Shown here: piece by piece, positions 27,790 to 41,594 of the stretch
Numbering within the stretch: position 1 is the first letter of the stretch
Layout: the number at the start of each line of letters is the position of its first letter
Source of the DNA: Camelus ferus
Lineage: Eukaryota
Assembly: GCF_009834535.1 (NCBI RefSeq)
Contig: NC_045696.1
Span: forward strand, 16,928,001 to 16,992,000
Direction: 5' to 3'
Length of the DNA: 64,000 nt
Position numbers and translations under genes: made by a program
The notes under the pieces: model-generated
Databases searched by the model: none
What the model saw: the letters and a program-made list of their open reading frames with translations, nothing else
Told to the model about the DNA's origin: nothing

Positions 27790-28119
27790 CAAGAGTTGGC
27801 AAACCTTTTCTGGACCAGTCTAGATAGTAAATATGCTCTGCTTTGTGGGCACTGTGATCTCTGTTGCTATTCAGCTCTGCTACTGTGACGTGAAGGTAAC
27901 CATAGACAACACAGAACTGAATGAGCATGGCTTTTCTAAGAAAATTTTATTTATAGACACTGAAATTTCATTACATATAATTTTCAGGTGCCCCACAAAT
28001 GATACTTCCCAAAAATTTGTCTAACGATTAAAAATACAAAAACAATTCATAGCTCACAGGCTACACAAAAATGTGTGGCAGGATCAGTTTGGCTACAGGT
28101 TACTGTCACTTGATCCTTG
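27790..28119 (+). mobile_element. hAT-Charlie MITE (MER58B-like)
   Basis: caagagttggcaaac...agatagtaaatat...ctctgttgcta..tcagctctgc...aaaattttatttatagacactgaaattt...cacaaaaa..gtggcagg. Confidence 0.8.
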
Positions 28120-29156
28120 ATATACAGAAGTCAGAATATTTTAAGGTTAACAGGTTAACCTAAGGACTGCAACCATGACCTAAGTCAACTAGTGATATAA
28201 ATATTTCAAAATGTGGATTATAGCATCAACTTTATTTTTATCATTTATTTATTGAAGATTCTTTCTTTGACATCAGAAATCATGGGTTATAACTTTACAA
28301 CCACCATATACTAGCTTGATACCCTTGAATGAAAACATGACTTCTGGGAATCTGTTTCCCAAGATGCAGTATATAGCAGATGAATTATGTCAGCAATGGC
28401 AAAGTATCACTGTAAGTCAGAATCATCTGTGGAGAAGCCAAGATCTAACTCTAGGAGATGTGGTTTCAAAAAGTGATTTCAACCTACAGCCAGGGTTGAA
28501 AACTGTTAGTTACTAATATCCAGATCTCTTCTTGCTCAATAAGTCTAAGGATTTGCATTGTATACGCTTCACATTGACACAATCCTCAACAGTAATGGAG
28601 TATTACTTCAGAGAATATTGATTTAAATAATTGTAAAAGCCCTTTGCAAACAATCCAGAACTATTTAAGTTCTCTTTCTTTATGATGGCATAAAAGAAAA
28701 ATATATTTCACTTCTGTTAACTTACTAGTGAGGTGGATGAAGTAGAAAGACAAAATTAATAAACAAAGCAAAGCAAAGAGACACGATACATATTTTCTGT
28801 CTCAATAAGTAAACCATAGAAATCCCAGAGGAGAAAAAAACAACAGTGGTCTAAAAATATGTTTTTTTATTCATGTTTCTCAGAAAACCTTATTTCTGCA
28901 CTTTAATGTACTTTATAGTTGGATGATTGTAACATCACTTCTCCACATCCAACATCACTATTCTAAAGACAGTTCATACAAGTATGCAAAAAATGTACAA
29001 TATCAAAATATGGATTGTTTGCTTTTAACTTGTAGCATTTTCCACTGTAAATATTTTATCTACACTTACCTAATTGATTCATTCTCAACTGTCAAATTTC
29101 AGAAAAATGGCCATCAGAAAAATCAGATAATCAAGCAGAGCTTAATGTTTTAAGTT

Positions 29157-29585
29157 TATTGAAATGGTTAGTTTCCTCCTTCATTTATTAAAAAATTTCC
29201 TTCTTTACTAGCCTGAGCACAAGGGGATATTTCTCTGATATTACCTGTGATAACCTGATAGAGCTCTTGGAGGTAAAACTCACAAAAGTGTGGGAGTCCC
29301 CTGGACTGGGCCTCAGTAGTTTTAACTGTGGTTCACATGGAATCACCAGCAATTTGTTGATTACTATTTAAGTCTTCTTGTCACTTAGCTCCAGTACCTT
29401 CTGCTTAAGGAGGCTGTGATTCTCTGTATTTGGTTTTCTCCAGTTTTTCAGATTGGCAGTGTACCCATGACCTCAATATTCTAATAGATCTAAGAAGTGT
29501 TGTAGATTTTCAGTGTTTTGAGATTTTACTTGCAGTAAGGACAGAAGTGATGGCTTCCAAGCTCTTACATGTGGAAGCAGAAACC
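29157..29585 (-). mobile_element. Old L1M 5'-region fragment (source of the inverted copy)
   Basis: ggaggtaaaactcacaaaagtgtggg...taagaag..ttgtagattttcag..ttccaagctcttacatg resembles old L1M 5' sequence. Confidence 0.65.
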
Positions 29586-29659
29586 ATCTCTTCTTCACCT
29601 TTAAATCACCCACAGTAGACTTACTTGTGCCTACATTCATGTGGTGTGGCTGTTCTCAT

Positions 29660-29899
29660 AAATATGTTTGCTTTATACTTACAAGTTGGAATTGACTGAG
29701 CACGACCAGATACTGACCTAAGTGCTGGTGATTAACAGTGAATAAAATAAATATAAATCCCTGCTTTCATGGTCTTCACATTTTAGTAGGTTTAAGATCA
29801 TAAACAAGAAAAATAAGAAAAATAGATACCATATTAGGTGGAATTACAAGGGAAGTGGGCCAATACAGAGATGGGGGCCAGAAAGTGTGCGTGTGCGTG

Positions 29900-29931
<32 letters not shown>

Positions 29932-30085
29932 CACATGTGCACAGGATTTAGGAATTTAAATAGGGTGGCTGTGGAAGTCCTCACTGAGAAGGTGACGTTT
30001 TAGTGATAGAGACAAGGGGAGTGATGTGCATATTTTGAGAAAGGTCTCCAAGCAAAAGGAACAGCATGGCAAAGACCCCCCAAGT
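29660..30085 (-). mobile_element. LINE-2 fragment containing (TG)n at about 29885-29931
   Basis: ctaagtgctggtgattaacagtgaataaaa..ccctgctttcatgg..cttcacattttagt..cctcactgagaaggtgacgttt..ggaacagcatggcaaagaccc. Confidence 0.75.
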
Positions 30086-31049
30086 AGGTAGTTTTATTCC
30101 ATTTACTCCATGACAGTCCCTAAGCTATTCATTAATTACTAGCATATCATTCAGTATTTCCTTCAGTTGAAAAGCCCAGTGTTGTCCTTCACTTCACAGA
30201 TAAATAATTCAAACAACCTTTAATAACACAGTGATCTTTCTCCTGGGAACATTTCAACTTTGTTTTCACCATCTTTTTTCACATTTGCATAGGATATTAC
30301 TAAATATTCCATTAGACCTGTTTAAGAGTGACTGAAATGAATGCCTGGATTGTTTATATGTCTAGTGCTTTTCTTTAAAAGTACAGTTCTGACATGATTA
30401 AAACTCTGTTGGCGCTTCAATTCTCTTTTATACTAGTTCTATTTATTTTCTCTTGCCGTTCGCATCTTTCTTTGTTCCATGTTCCCATCCCCAAAAAAGC
30501 CACTTAATTACTGATTCTTGCTGAAAAATTTCGATTATTGTATTTCTCTCTCAGACAAAGCTGAGGAAGCAAAAAAGGAGTGTTGAGCATTTGACAAAGT
30601 TCACTCCATTTAATCTCTATCCTTCAATATCTGTCTCATTTGGTACCAAGCAGCAGAACTGGAATTGCTAAAAAACAAATCACTAAATTCTGACAAATCT
30701 CTGTTAAGTGTCATATTATGTCATTTTTCTCTAAAAGTCAAAGTGATAAAAATCAGTGAAGCACTGGTAAATGACATTACAGACTTCACCTTCTTTAATT
30801 GTATAAATCTCTCCCTAGATTTTAGATACTTATTGTAAATCATGTCAGTCAATAATACCTGTTATAAATAGAGTGAGCATACAATTTATCAAACAAGCTG
30901 GAATTTCTCGCAACTGACCATGAATGGACACTGTAAAAATTAAGCCATAGTGACGGATATGAAGCAGAACCATGCAAAGCAAAACTGGAATTAAGTTTAC
31001 TCTACTTAGGTTACATTTAATAAAAAATGGTATCACATAGCTGTACCAA

Positions 31050-31260
31050 CTCAGGTTCTGGACACACTGAGAACTGGGTTCGTACCTTAGTGTTTGTGAA
31101 ACAGCTGTAGGACCTAGGGGAGATCATCTACCCTTTCTAAACTACAGCCTCTACTTTTGTAGAGTGTAACTATCTATAGTATTTATCTCATAGGATTGTC
31201 TTGAAGATTCATCGAAGTTATATGTATATATTATTTAGCTAAGGAATTATGTATATAATG
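31050..31260 (+). mobile_element. MIR (decayed)
   Basis: ctgggttcgtacctt..cagctgtaggacctagggga..tttatctcataggattgtcttgaagatt. Confidence 0.55.
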
Positions 31261-31449
31261 CATTAAAAAAGAGACAAAAGATTTGTGAGACACTTTATAT
31301 TCAAATACTGAAATAACTTATTCAAAAATGGACTAAAAATCATAAAGACAAAATACAAAGTATGTTCACAAATATCATGATACTAAAAATTGGTTTAGAT
31401 TTCCTGATTTAAAGATAAATGGCTAGATAACAGAATTAAAGATAATAAT

Positions 31450-31610
31450 ATATGACAGACATGGTTTTAAGTACTTTATAAGTGTTAACTAATTTAATCA
31501 TATTACAACTCTATGAGGAGCTACTGAGACACAGTGTTAAGAAGCCCATCTAAGGTCACCTAATGAGAAACTGGTAGAGATTTAAACCCAGGCAGTTTGA
31601 CATCTTAACA
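31450..31610 (-). mobile_element. MIR (decayed)
   Basis: ttttaagtactttataagtgttaactaatttaatc..actgagacacag..aaggtcac..gatttaaacccaggcagtttgac. Confidence 0.7.
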
Positions 31611-31648
31611 TTTATAATATACTGACTCTCACTGTGAATAGAAGTAAA

Positions 31649-31682
<34 letters not shown>

Positions 31683-31739
31683 TAGCAAAATTATAAATAG
31701 AAAAAATAAATACTTTAACATGTTTTTTAAAAATTTGGC

Positions 31740-34700
31740 TTCTGTTTACAGTGAAGACAGAGTAATAGAAACCAAATTTATTTCCAAACTCAGAAAAAAA
31801 AAACAGACAAAATATATGAAACAATGATTTTTAAGATACTGAACAGCAGGCAAAAGGCAGTACAAGAAAGTGATCCTTGAATAGAGGAAAATAAATGAGA
31901 TGAGCCCCAATATTGCTCCAGCTTACTGCTTTGATAGTTTCCATGCAGAGCGTGGGGGGCCAGTCAGAGCTTGGAATTCTTGCTGAGTTGAGGAGACAGA
32001 GTTTAGAGTTTGGAAGACCAAGGTGGTTAAAATGCAAAGTTCAAAATTCTAGAGAGGAGAAAGACTGACAGAAAGTGAGCGCTGGATATTTGTAATGGGG
32101 AAACCCCTCATTTTTGTCTGAGTACTGAACTTTACACGCATGAGAGGGCACGATTTGAGGTCAGGGAATGAAATCTTGGAAAGGATTAAGTGAAAGTATG
32201 CTTGTAGCTCACAAAGAGTTGGGAAAAGTTAATATTCCAGCCAGTCAGAGTGGAAAGACTTACTAATACAAAGGGCATAGTGTGTAGACCTCAAAATAGT
32301 ACTGCATTAGTAATAAGGAGAAATTAAATCTATATTAAGTGCTTTTCTTGACCATCCTAACAAAGCTTAGAAGCAAGTCTTAAAAAGATCAAACTGATTC
32401 CAGGTATCTTAACTGTCCCAGAACAAAACCCAACAATATTCAAAGGACTATCAAAAATACTCAAGAAACAAAAACATAGAGTCCACAGTGCTCAACTTCC
32501 AAACAAAAAATAACAACCATGAAAGGAAGCAGGAAAATATGGTCAACATCCTGAGGAAAATGTAGCAAATAGAAGTAGGCCCAGAAATTTAAAATATTAC
32601 AGAATTAGCAAAGTACATTAAAACATCTAAGTATAGTCCATATTTTCAATATGGTGTAGAAAAAATGAACATAGGTAGCAAAATGGAAGATGTGAAATCA
32701 ATAAAATCGAAGTTCTACAGGTGACATGTCCTATCTGAAATGAAAAATGCTTTGCATGATATTAACAGGAGATTAGAAATTTCAGAATAAAAGATCAGTG
32801 AATATGAATACATAGAAATCAAAACTATCCAAATGAAACACAAGAAAAAGTCCTGAAACAGAAATATTAGCAGAGCTCCTACATAGGAGCAGGTCTTTAT
32901 AACAATATCAATCAGCTTATTGTACACATAACTGAAGTTACAAAAAAAAGGTGGACAGAAAATTATTTGAAAAAATATTAGCTGAAATTTTCCAAATTTA
33001 ATGAAAAAAAATAAAAAATCTGAAAAGTTAAAAAAAAATCACGAAGAACATCAAGAAAACTGCATCAAGCCTTATAAGAATAAAATTGTTAGTAATCACT
33101 AATAAAGATGATATCTTTGAACATAAAGCCAGGGAAAAAGAAATAATAGAACAAAGATAACAATAATCACAATCTTCTCATCAGAAACTGCAGGCTGAAA
33201 GATAATCAAGAGATACTTTAAAAATACAGAGGCAGGGAAGGGCGTAGCTCAGAGGTACAGTTTATGTCTAGCATGCATAAAGTTCTGGCTTCAATTCTCA
33301 GTGCCTCCATTAAATAAATAAACCTAATTACCTCCCTCTCCAAAAAAATAAAAATAAAAAAAGTAAAAATACAGTGGGAATTAAAACACAATTATCAACT
33401 TAAAATTATAATCTATAAACTGTATCTCAAAAAGGAAGGCAAATTAAAGACTTCTTCAGAAAAACTGCTGAAATAATTGATTTCCAGTAGACATACATTA
33501 CAAAAAAAAAGTTAAAGTTCTAAGGCAAAAGAAAAATATTACGGGCAACTAATTTTGCATATATATATTATATATATGAATATATATTAAAAAAGAGAAT
33601 GTGTCTACGTGGGATTTGCCCAAGAACTGCAAATTGTGCTAACATTTGAAAATCAAACAATGTAATTCACCATATTAACATACTAAGAACAAAAACAAAA
33701 ATCATTTCAATAAATGTAGGAAAAACATTTGATGACATTCAAAATCCATTCCTGAAAAGCTCTCTCAGCTACTAGCGCTAGAAGAACACATCCTCAACCT
33801 GGTAAAGGAAAAGTACTAAAATCTTGTATATTGTAGTGCTAATTGTTTTCACCTGCTTTGTTCTCTCTCACCACCACTACTCAGTAGTGTGCTTAAGGAG
33901 GATCATAAAAGTGAAATAAGGCAAGAAGAGAAGCAAAAGGTATACAAGTTGAAATGAAAAAAGGTAAAACTGTGCTATTTGCAGATTATGATCACATATA
34001 TAGTTAACTCAGTGAAACTAAAAATAATCTTCTAAAAATTTTATGATTTAAGAAGTCCATAGCATCCAACTAGGTCATTATACACATATTAATTTTATTT
34101 CTGTCTACTCAGAAAAATATGGACATTGAAATGTAAAAAATTACCATTTACAATTTCATCAAATGTGTGAAAATGTTAGGGATAAAATTAAGAGAAGTTG
34201 TACAAAACTCGTACATGGAAACCCGTAAAAAAATTAGGAAAACCTAAATAAAGGCATAGACCATGTTCAAAGATGACAAGACCCAGTATTGTTAAGATAG
34301 CAATTCTCAAGTTCACCTACAGATTCAAAGAAACCCAAATTAAAACACTAACAGGATTTTTTTTTTTTTTTTTTGGTAAAATGGTCAATTCAATTACAAA
34401 ATGTCACTGGAAATTCACCAGATCTAGAATAACCAAAATTTTTGTGAAAAAAAGAGTATCAAAATGGAGAACTTAGACTATCTGCCTTCAAGATACTGTG
34501 GAATTGGTGTAAACATTGACATGATCAATGAAACCATATACAAAATCCATATATAGACCAATAATTATATGTTCAATGGATTTTTAACATAGTTTTCAAG
34601 GCAGCTCAATGGAGGAAAGGGTAATCTCTTCCACAGGTGCTGCTTGGAATAATTGGATATCAGTGTGCAAAAATTTAACTTCAAGTATAATTTTAAAATA

Positions 34701-35752
34701 TATACAGAAGTTAAACACAAAATGAAAGATCAACCTAAATGCAAGGGAAATATGTATGATCCTTCCAGAAAAAAATAAGAAAAAAATCTTAGTAAATTTT
34801 GGCTAGGCAAACCAATCTTAAGACATAAAAAAGTATACAATAAAAAAGGGATAAATTAGACTTCATAAAAATTTAACACTTTTTTTTCTCTTCAAAAGTC
34901 AGTGTGAAGCCAATGGAAAAAAAAAAAAAAAAACAAGCCACAGACTGGAAGAATATACTTGCAAATTGCTTTTCTGAAAATGAAACTTGAATGTAGAATA
35001 GATTAAGAGTATATATTTTGCGACAACATAAAAGAAGAGAAAAAAAAAGATGACAAATTGGGAAAACATTCCGGATTTGAACAGACATTTCACCAGAGAA
35101 CATATAGGAATAGTAAATAAGCACATTTACAAATGCTTGATAAGTTTAGTCATTAGGGAAGAGCAAAACAATAACCACAGTGAATTAGATCTTGTAAGTT
35201 GAAACGTGTGCTTACTATATGATCCAATAATTCTGTCCCTAAATGCCTAACCAAGAAAAATAAAAACCTATAACCACACAGAAATTTGAAGTGAATGTTC
35301 ATGGTAGCTTTATTTGTAACAGCCAAATGGGAAAGAAACCAGATGTCCCTCAGCTGGTGAATAGATAATTTGTAGTGTATCCATCCAATGTCACACTACT
35401 CAGAAATAAAAGAAGATGAATGACTGACATAAACATCAATATGGGTGCTTTTCTAAAACATCATGCTATGCAAAAGAAGCCAAACACAAAAGGCTTCATA
35501 CCATATGATTTTCTTTATATACAAATATTTTTTGAAAGACAAAACTATTATTTTAGGAAGAAGATCAGAATTTGCCAGGTTCAGGGATGTGGGGAGAGAT
35601 GATTGTCCATTAAAGGGGGAGGAAGTAAAAATTTTGAGAGTGATGGAGATTTTCTACTAGTGGCTACCAAATGTATCCATATATTGACTTTTACAGTGAA
35701 AACTGGTAAATTTTAGTATCTTAAAATTATGTCTCAATAAAGCTGATTTAAA
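31740..35752 (+). mobile_element. Old L1M element (5' region, ORF1, ORF2 fragments, 3'UTR)
   Basis: A-rich sense L1 text (aatcaaacaatgtaattcaccatattaac; gacccagtattgttaagatagcaattctc); 3' end tctcaataaagctgatttaaaaa. Confidence 0.8.
33230..33363 (+). mobile_element. tRNA-derived camelid-type SINE (Vic-1-like)
   Basis: A-box-like tagctcagagg and B-box-like ggcttcaattc; body tagcatgcat..; tail aaataaataaacctaattacctccc plus A-tail; 11-bp TSD taaaaatacag at 33219 and 33364. Confidence 0.85.
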
Positions 35753-37807
35753 AATCTGGATAATTTTAAATGTGTGGAGGTGGTTAAGAACTATCTAACA
35801 ATAAATTAAAATGCACAAATGAATACAGGTAGAAAATTAACCTGCTAAATAAACATTTAATAAAATGATCATAAACTAAACTTTCTTAGTGAGAATTTCA
35901 AAGTTAATTCATAGTCATGCATAGTAAATATGAATTCTTTACTATTAAAATAAGCTAAAAAAATGAAGCAATACCAGTGACATTGACTCACATAAAAATA
36001 CCAAGTTTCAGATTCATCATTTCTCAAATTATAAATAAAAATATTTGAAAAGTGAAGAAAGACTTAAATACAGAGAATTATTAATGGAAAACCCCCAAAC
36101 TGGATGCAATTATGAATTATTTTAAATTTCCATTCCATGCTATACTTTAAAACCTACATGTTCTCTTTCAAAATAATTCCATTTTTGAAAAGGAGAAGGA
36201 GACCCACATTCAAAGATGTGCAAGAAGTTGCAAAATACTCAGAGATGACATGGAATAAAAACAGCCGTGACAAAGAGCAAACTTCTGGCGTATTCAGTTG
36301 AAGTGATTTTTTCCCACAATAATTTCCCCAATGTTACCCTCTTCGCAGGGGACTGAGAGGGTTGCATTGAGAATAAGTGTTGTTTTTCCTCTCCTTATGT
36401 AAAAATATTACTCAGAAATTATATTTGGAAGTAGACTGGGGATATGCATGCCCTTGCATTTGTGATGTCCAGAAATCATGTTATTAACATTTTCAAAGTG
36501 TCTATAAACCAAAATAAACTGGCAGGAGAAAGCAGTTCTTTCATGGATATTAATATACACGAAATTTGTTCCTATATTTGTTTACCAGATATCACTGAAT
36601 AGGTACCAGGACGTGCACTAGGATGGGACAGGGACAGTGAAAGAGAACCAAGTACTCTGGCCCTTGAGGAATTCCCAGGCTAATAAGATTGAGACAATCA
36701 AATTCCCCTTGGCAGTCCAGGCTGCTGAGAGTTACCGTAATCAGATACCAGGATGTGATCCCAAGTATGAAAGGAGCCATTCTCAGCTGAGCTGTGCAAA
36801 CTCAGACTTTCAGCTTCACTGTTCTCTTTCTAAATGCCTTGAGCACCCACCTATGACAATCGTCACCACTGGAAAAAATCTAAATTTAAAAGAGCAGTAG
36901 ATAAATTTAGACTCAATATAAATTGTTAAATTTGATCTAAAAATAAAGGTAGCACTACTGATAATTTTTAAAGATGATCAACCCTTTTTTTGCTTCTAGC
37001 TCAGGTTTTTTTAAAATAGTTTGAGAAAAATTTGAAAGCCCGAGTCCAAAGGCTTCCAAGGACCAGCATGCTATGCTAAAGCAATCTGCTTATGGACTTT
37101 CAGACTGCATGCATGGAAAATACCAAGAAATGCTCTCAAGCCTTTAAGGTGACTGTCTGTTTTTTCCCAAAGTATAATTATATGTTACTTCTCTGAATGT
37201 ACACTTTGTGAGAGCAGGAATCATATTATTTGTCAGCTGCTTTATTTTTAATTTCTATTACACTGTGGTGCATAAAATACACTGTTGGCAGGCTGACTGA
37301 CTGACATGTAGGAGCATCCGAAGACCAAATTAATAAACACAAAGACGATTTTTTTTTTTAAATTTAATCTCTTTGTGTTAGAGTTTTTCACAGACTCTGT
37401 TTCTCTGGAGAACTCTGACTAATATGAAGAGATGACCTGACACGTGATACATAAATTAAGATTCTCCTAAAGAAGAATAGAAGTTGAGATTCAAAAAAGA
37501 AATATAAAAAAAGAAAATTTAAAACACACACACATAAGAAGCTGTGCATAAAAATGGATTGGAGAAGTAATGTACAGACTGTGTGGCATGAATAGCCTAA
37601 CACTCTTTGCTAACATCAGTTCGTATGATGATGAGAATCAAGTCTCTTGTCTAATAACGCATCTCCTCCACCACAAAAAATTTTTTAGCAACCATTATCA
37701 TAAATTAACCTCAAAGAATAAGTAATAGAGTATTACCTTTCTTCATAAAAATGAACTAGAAATCTACCTAAAATATCATGAGAGAAAAGGAAATAAAACT
37801 TGAAGAA

Positions 37808-38286
37808 TTGTGGAATATATTATAATGACCCTCTTTACTTGTATCCATGTCCCTTTGCCAATGTGATTTTGTAACTACTTCCAAGTTGCATAGCCAACTG
37901 CCCCACTCCTGAGTCTGGGTTGACCTTTTGACTTGTTTGGCCAATACTATACGACAGAAATTGTTTTCTGAGCCTAGGTTTTAAGAGGCAGTACACACTT
38001 CTATTCTCTTGGAAATATAGCAAGCCGCTATAAGCTAGTCATTGAATGATAAAAGGTGTGGGTGGCCCAATTAACCACCCTACCTGGCTGACCCCTCAGA
38101 GGAAGAGTTAGATTGCTGACCAGCTGCTGACAGCAAATGTACACAGGAGTGAATCTAGCCAAGATTAAAAGAACTTTCCAGCCAGATAGCTGGTTTCCAA
38201 AGAACCATGAGCTATTTAAATACTTGCTATTTTAAACCACTAAGTTTTGGAATATCTTGTTAAGAAGCAAAAGCTTACTGATACAC
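37808..38286 (+). mobile_element. MaLR LTR (MLT1G/H-like)
   Basis: gtatccatgtccctttgccaatgtga..tgagtctgggttgacc..tgacttgtttggccaat..ttttaaaccactaagttttgg..ctgataca. Confidence 0.8.
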
Positions 38287-38289
38287 AGA

Positions 38290-39750
38290 TGGTGAATATA
38301 CTCTGTTTACTTGCAGACTATAGAACTGTGTATCAAAAAGAATAAAATTTGAGAGTCTACTGACTTATTAGAATAAGCAAGAGAATTCACAAAGTTGTCA
38401 TATGTAAGATTAATATAAAATTTTTATACACTAGTGCTAAACAAACAAACATACTTTTAAGAAAAAATATACTCTTTACTATAGGAACAAAAATATAGAG
38501 CAACTTAATATAAATCAAATCTTCACTGGAAAAATTATTCTACATTCATATGCTTTTGAAAGAATCAATGTCATGATGATGTCAACGGTCCCTGAACTAA
38601 TCTATAAATTTAATGTCATCCAGTTATGTTCTGATCAAGATCTTTTTTGTGTGGTAATTGGCAAGCTGATTCTAAAATTTATGGGAAGTATAGAAGCCCA
38701 AGAGTAATTAAGTCAATATTGAAGAAGTTTTAAAATGTGGAGGCTATCCAGATAGCATAGTTCATTATAAAATTAAGAAAGGGTGAGTGCTTTTTGTAAG
38801 TAGACAAACCCCAGGAATAGTGCAGAGTCTAGGAAGAGGTCATTGCAGGCATGATAAAGGTGACATTGGAAACATGGGAATAAAAGGACTGTTCAATCAA
38901 TGCTCTTGGAACAATAGGTTATTTGTACTAAGGAAGAAATGGTTTCTGAAGTCAGATCAAACATGAAAATCATCTTTAGGTAGATAAAAAATGTATACAC
39001 AAGAGGCAAAATTTTAAAAATTTTAGAGGAATTTAAGAGGAAAATATCTTCATGACCTTGGTCTAGAAATATTTTTATATGAAATTTCACAAAGCCCAAA
39101 TCATAAAGAACATATTTGAAGATAACTATTAATATTTAAAACTCTAATGATGACAAGTCCTCAGTAGGAAAAAATAAAGCTGTAGTTTAGGTAGAAATAC
39201 ATACAATAAATATAATCATCCAAATTAATAACCAGAGTGTGTGAAAAGCCCTATGAAGCAATAAAGAAAAGATACCTACATGCAAATATGAGCAAAAGAT
39301 ATAAATGAACAATATGCAAAAGAGGAACCCCAAATGGCTAATAATTATAAAAACTGACACTTATTTCATTATTAATGAGAAAAATTGCAACAATAGAACA
39401 TTTTGCTAGATTCAGCAAGCCTTGATGAGTATGTGCAAGCAATGGAAACATTCATATGCTGCTATCAGGACCATAAATTGTACATCAACTTTGGACATGT
39501 AAACAGTACCGTAAATTATGTTTGGGTGCAGCCAGATGTTGTAACGGTGCATACGTGCTTTGGAATGAGGATTAAGAGGTTAAGGATGTATTTGTCTTGG
39601 AGGTGGAGTAAAGTGAGCAGAGCAGGGAGAGTACACTGGAGGCTCAAGGTGTATTTGTAATTTTTATTCACTAAACTTGAAAGTGAGTGGATAAGTCTTC
39701 AATACATTGCCTTCCATTCCTTTTTGTTTGTTTAAAATAGGTCATAAAAG
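38290..39750 (+). mobile_element. Old L1ME fragments
   Basis: ttggcaagctgattctaaaatttat; gactgttcaatcaatgctcttggaacaat; aagaggaaccccaaatggctaataa. Confidence 0.7.
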
Positions 39751-40677
39751 TTAAGAGAATTAGAAGCTTTCCAATATTAGATCATTTGCTAATAAGGTTT
39801 TCAAACAATCTGTCTGGAAAGAGCAAGACTAATACCTTATGATGAGAGAACTGAGAGCTGAACAGAGAAGTAGGTGCACTGCCTGCTGAGAATAAACTCA
39901 GAAGTCTCAGATTTTCATTCGAGTAGCTTTCAAAAACATAATTTTTGCATTTTACTTTGTGTAGTCTTAGTGTGCCTACCACAAGGAGGGAGAAATTTAG
40001 AGGCTCCTCCGTGACAACATAACCCTCTGCTTTGACAAGATCGCCATCTGCCAAATCATGAGATTAGAAACCACTCTACTAAGAAGCTACATCATTAATA
40101 TGACTCTTTACTCTCCCAGGTGTACTAAATAGGGCTGAGGAACTTTTAGTGATCTGACAGAGCCTTCTGATTAGACATGAACCATGTAGAAATGTTTCAG
40201 GCTCAGGAAAATTGAAATGGAGTGCCAGAACAATGTTTTTAGATCTTTGAATAGAAACATGTTTGTGTATCAGTGTATAGGAGTGGGGTAAATAGGTGTG
40301 GGGAGTGTATAAGGAAAGTGTCTCTTGATGCAAATCTAAAGAACCTTTTATCATTTTCTGAGTGCTGAGAATCATAACATTTTTAAATGACAAGCTGAGA
40401 AGACAGAACATAGGAGATGTGATTTCCAGGCATCCCAGGGATGGATAAGGAAAAAGACGTTTTGATGAAGATTTCTCCAAGGCTTCCTTACACTGTGGCC
40501 TCCACTTCTCACAGCACAGATTCCCCATAGTCAGTTCTAGGTTTTCCGTTTTTTGATGACTATATTTTAAGTGTCACACTATAGCATAGAAGCTAGAATT
40601 CTCTTAATATTATTTCTTGTTCATCAGCTTGTATTGTTTTCATTAATACTTTAACTTCACTTTTTCACCTTTCGTCT

Positions 40678-40704
40678 ACACACACACACACACACACGCA
40701 CGCA
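40678..40704. repeat. (CA)n/(CACG)n microsatellite
   Basis: Read directly from the sequence. Confidence 0.9.
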
Positions 40705-40913
40705 CAAGCTTTCCCTAAAACTGAAAAGGAAATGGAGGAATATAAAATTAATTGACAAATTCAAGTTTGGAAATCTAAGTTATTTTAAAATATAAATAAA
40801 TACTTTTTATAAATCTGAATTAAGTGATTATATATATGAAAATGTTCAATTCTATTAATATTAATTAGCTACAAATTTTACTAATGTGCATTGTCATATA
40901 ATAGTATCAAGGC

Positions 40914-41334
40914 TGCAAAGAACAAAGAACTTGATTTGAGGGTCTTAGAATCACAATTTGGAAGACACAGATTGGGGTAAAACCAAAAGAGTGTTCTGTG
41001 GAAAGAAAGAGTTAGGTGTTTATAAAGGCAAAAACCACAAAGTTGTTAAAGTTGTCTATCAAGAATTATGATTGATGCAAAAAGGAAAAAAGGAAATATT
41101 TGTCCTTATGGGAAAGACTGTCATGAGTTACTTAGGGTAAGGGTCTAGTAAGTATCTTGAGTTTCTGAAACATTGTACAGATACATTGGATAAGTTCTTT
41201 GAGCCAGTGAGTGGTCAAAAGGCCAGATTCCACTTGTACTTAGACATGCATAAGTCACACTCCCTCAGTGGCCTCCCAACTCCATTTTAGAAAGCATTTT
41301 CAGCAATACTGATTCCATTTTCATTTTCCTTTCA
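40914..41334 (-). mobile_element. ERV1-type solo LTR
   Basis: Minus strand begins TGAAAGGAAAATGAAAATGGAATC, has a TATA-like tttataa at about 41020, and ends CA. Confidence 0.6.
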
Positions 41335-41594
41335 AAGATATACTATATCTTTTATAATATTAATATGATGTCACCTCTTACAGAATGAAGTATTGTCAGA
41401 TTTAACTAACCTAGTGTATTTAGTAGAACATCCACTAGAGAATCCAATAAAGATTAAATTTTTCTATCCTTTGTAGAATTGACTGAGGACATTCATGAAT
41501 GCTTGGCATTACATGGGGTCAGGGCTGGAGGTTAATATTTCTCCTTGGGATTGATTACAATTTCTAGTACAAAAATTAAGATATTGTATTATGA

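Noticed and set aside
26175..29156. Inversion of the spacer between the 202-bp inverted repeats (staggered-break model)
   Set aside because: ERV pol appears to continue in the same orientation right after 26174, favouring a templated insertion; not fully excluded without an outgroup
33230..33310. tRNA-like sequence
   Set aside because: Degenerate boxes, SINE tail and TSD show it is a SINE head, not a tRNA gene
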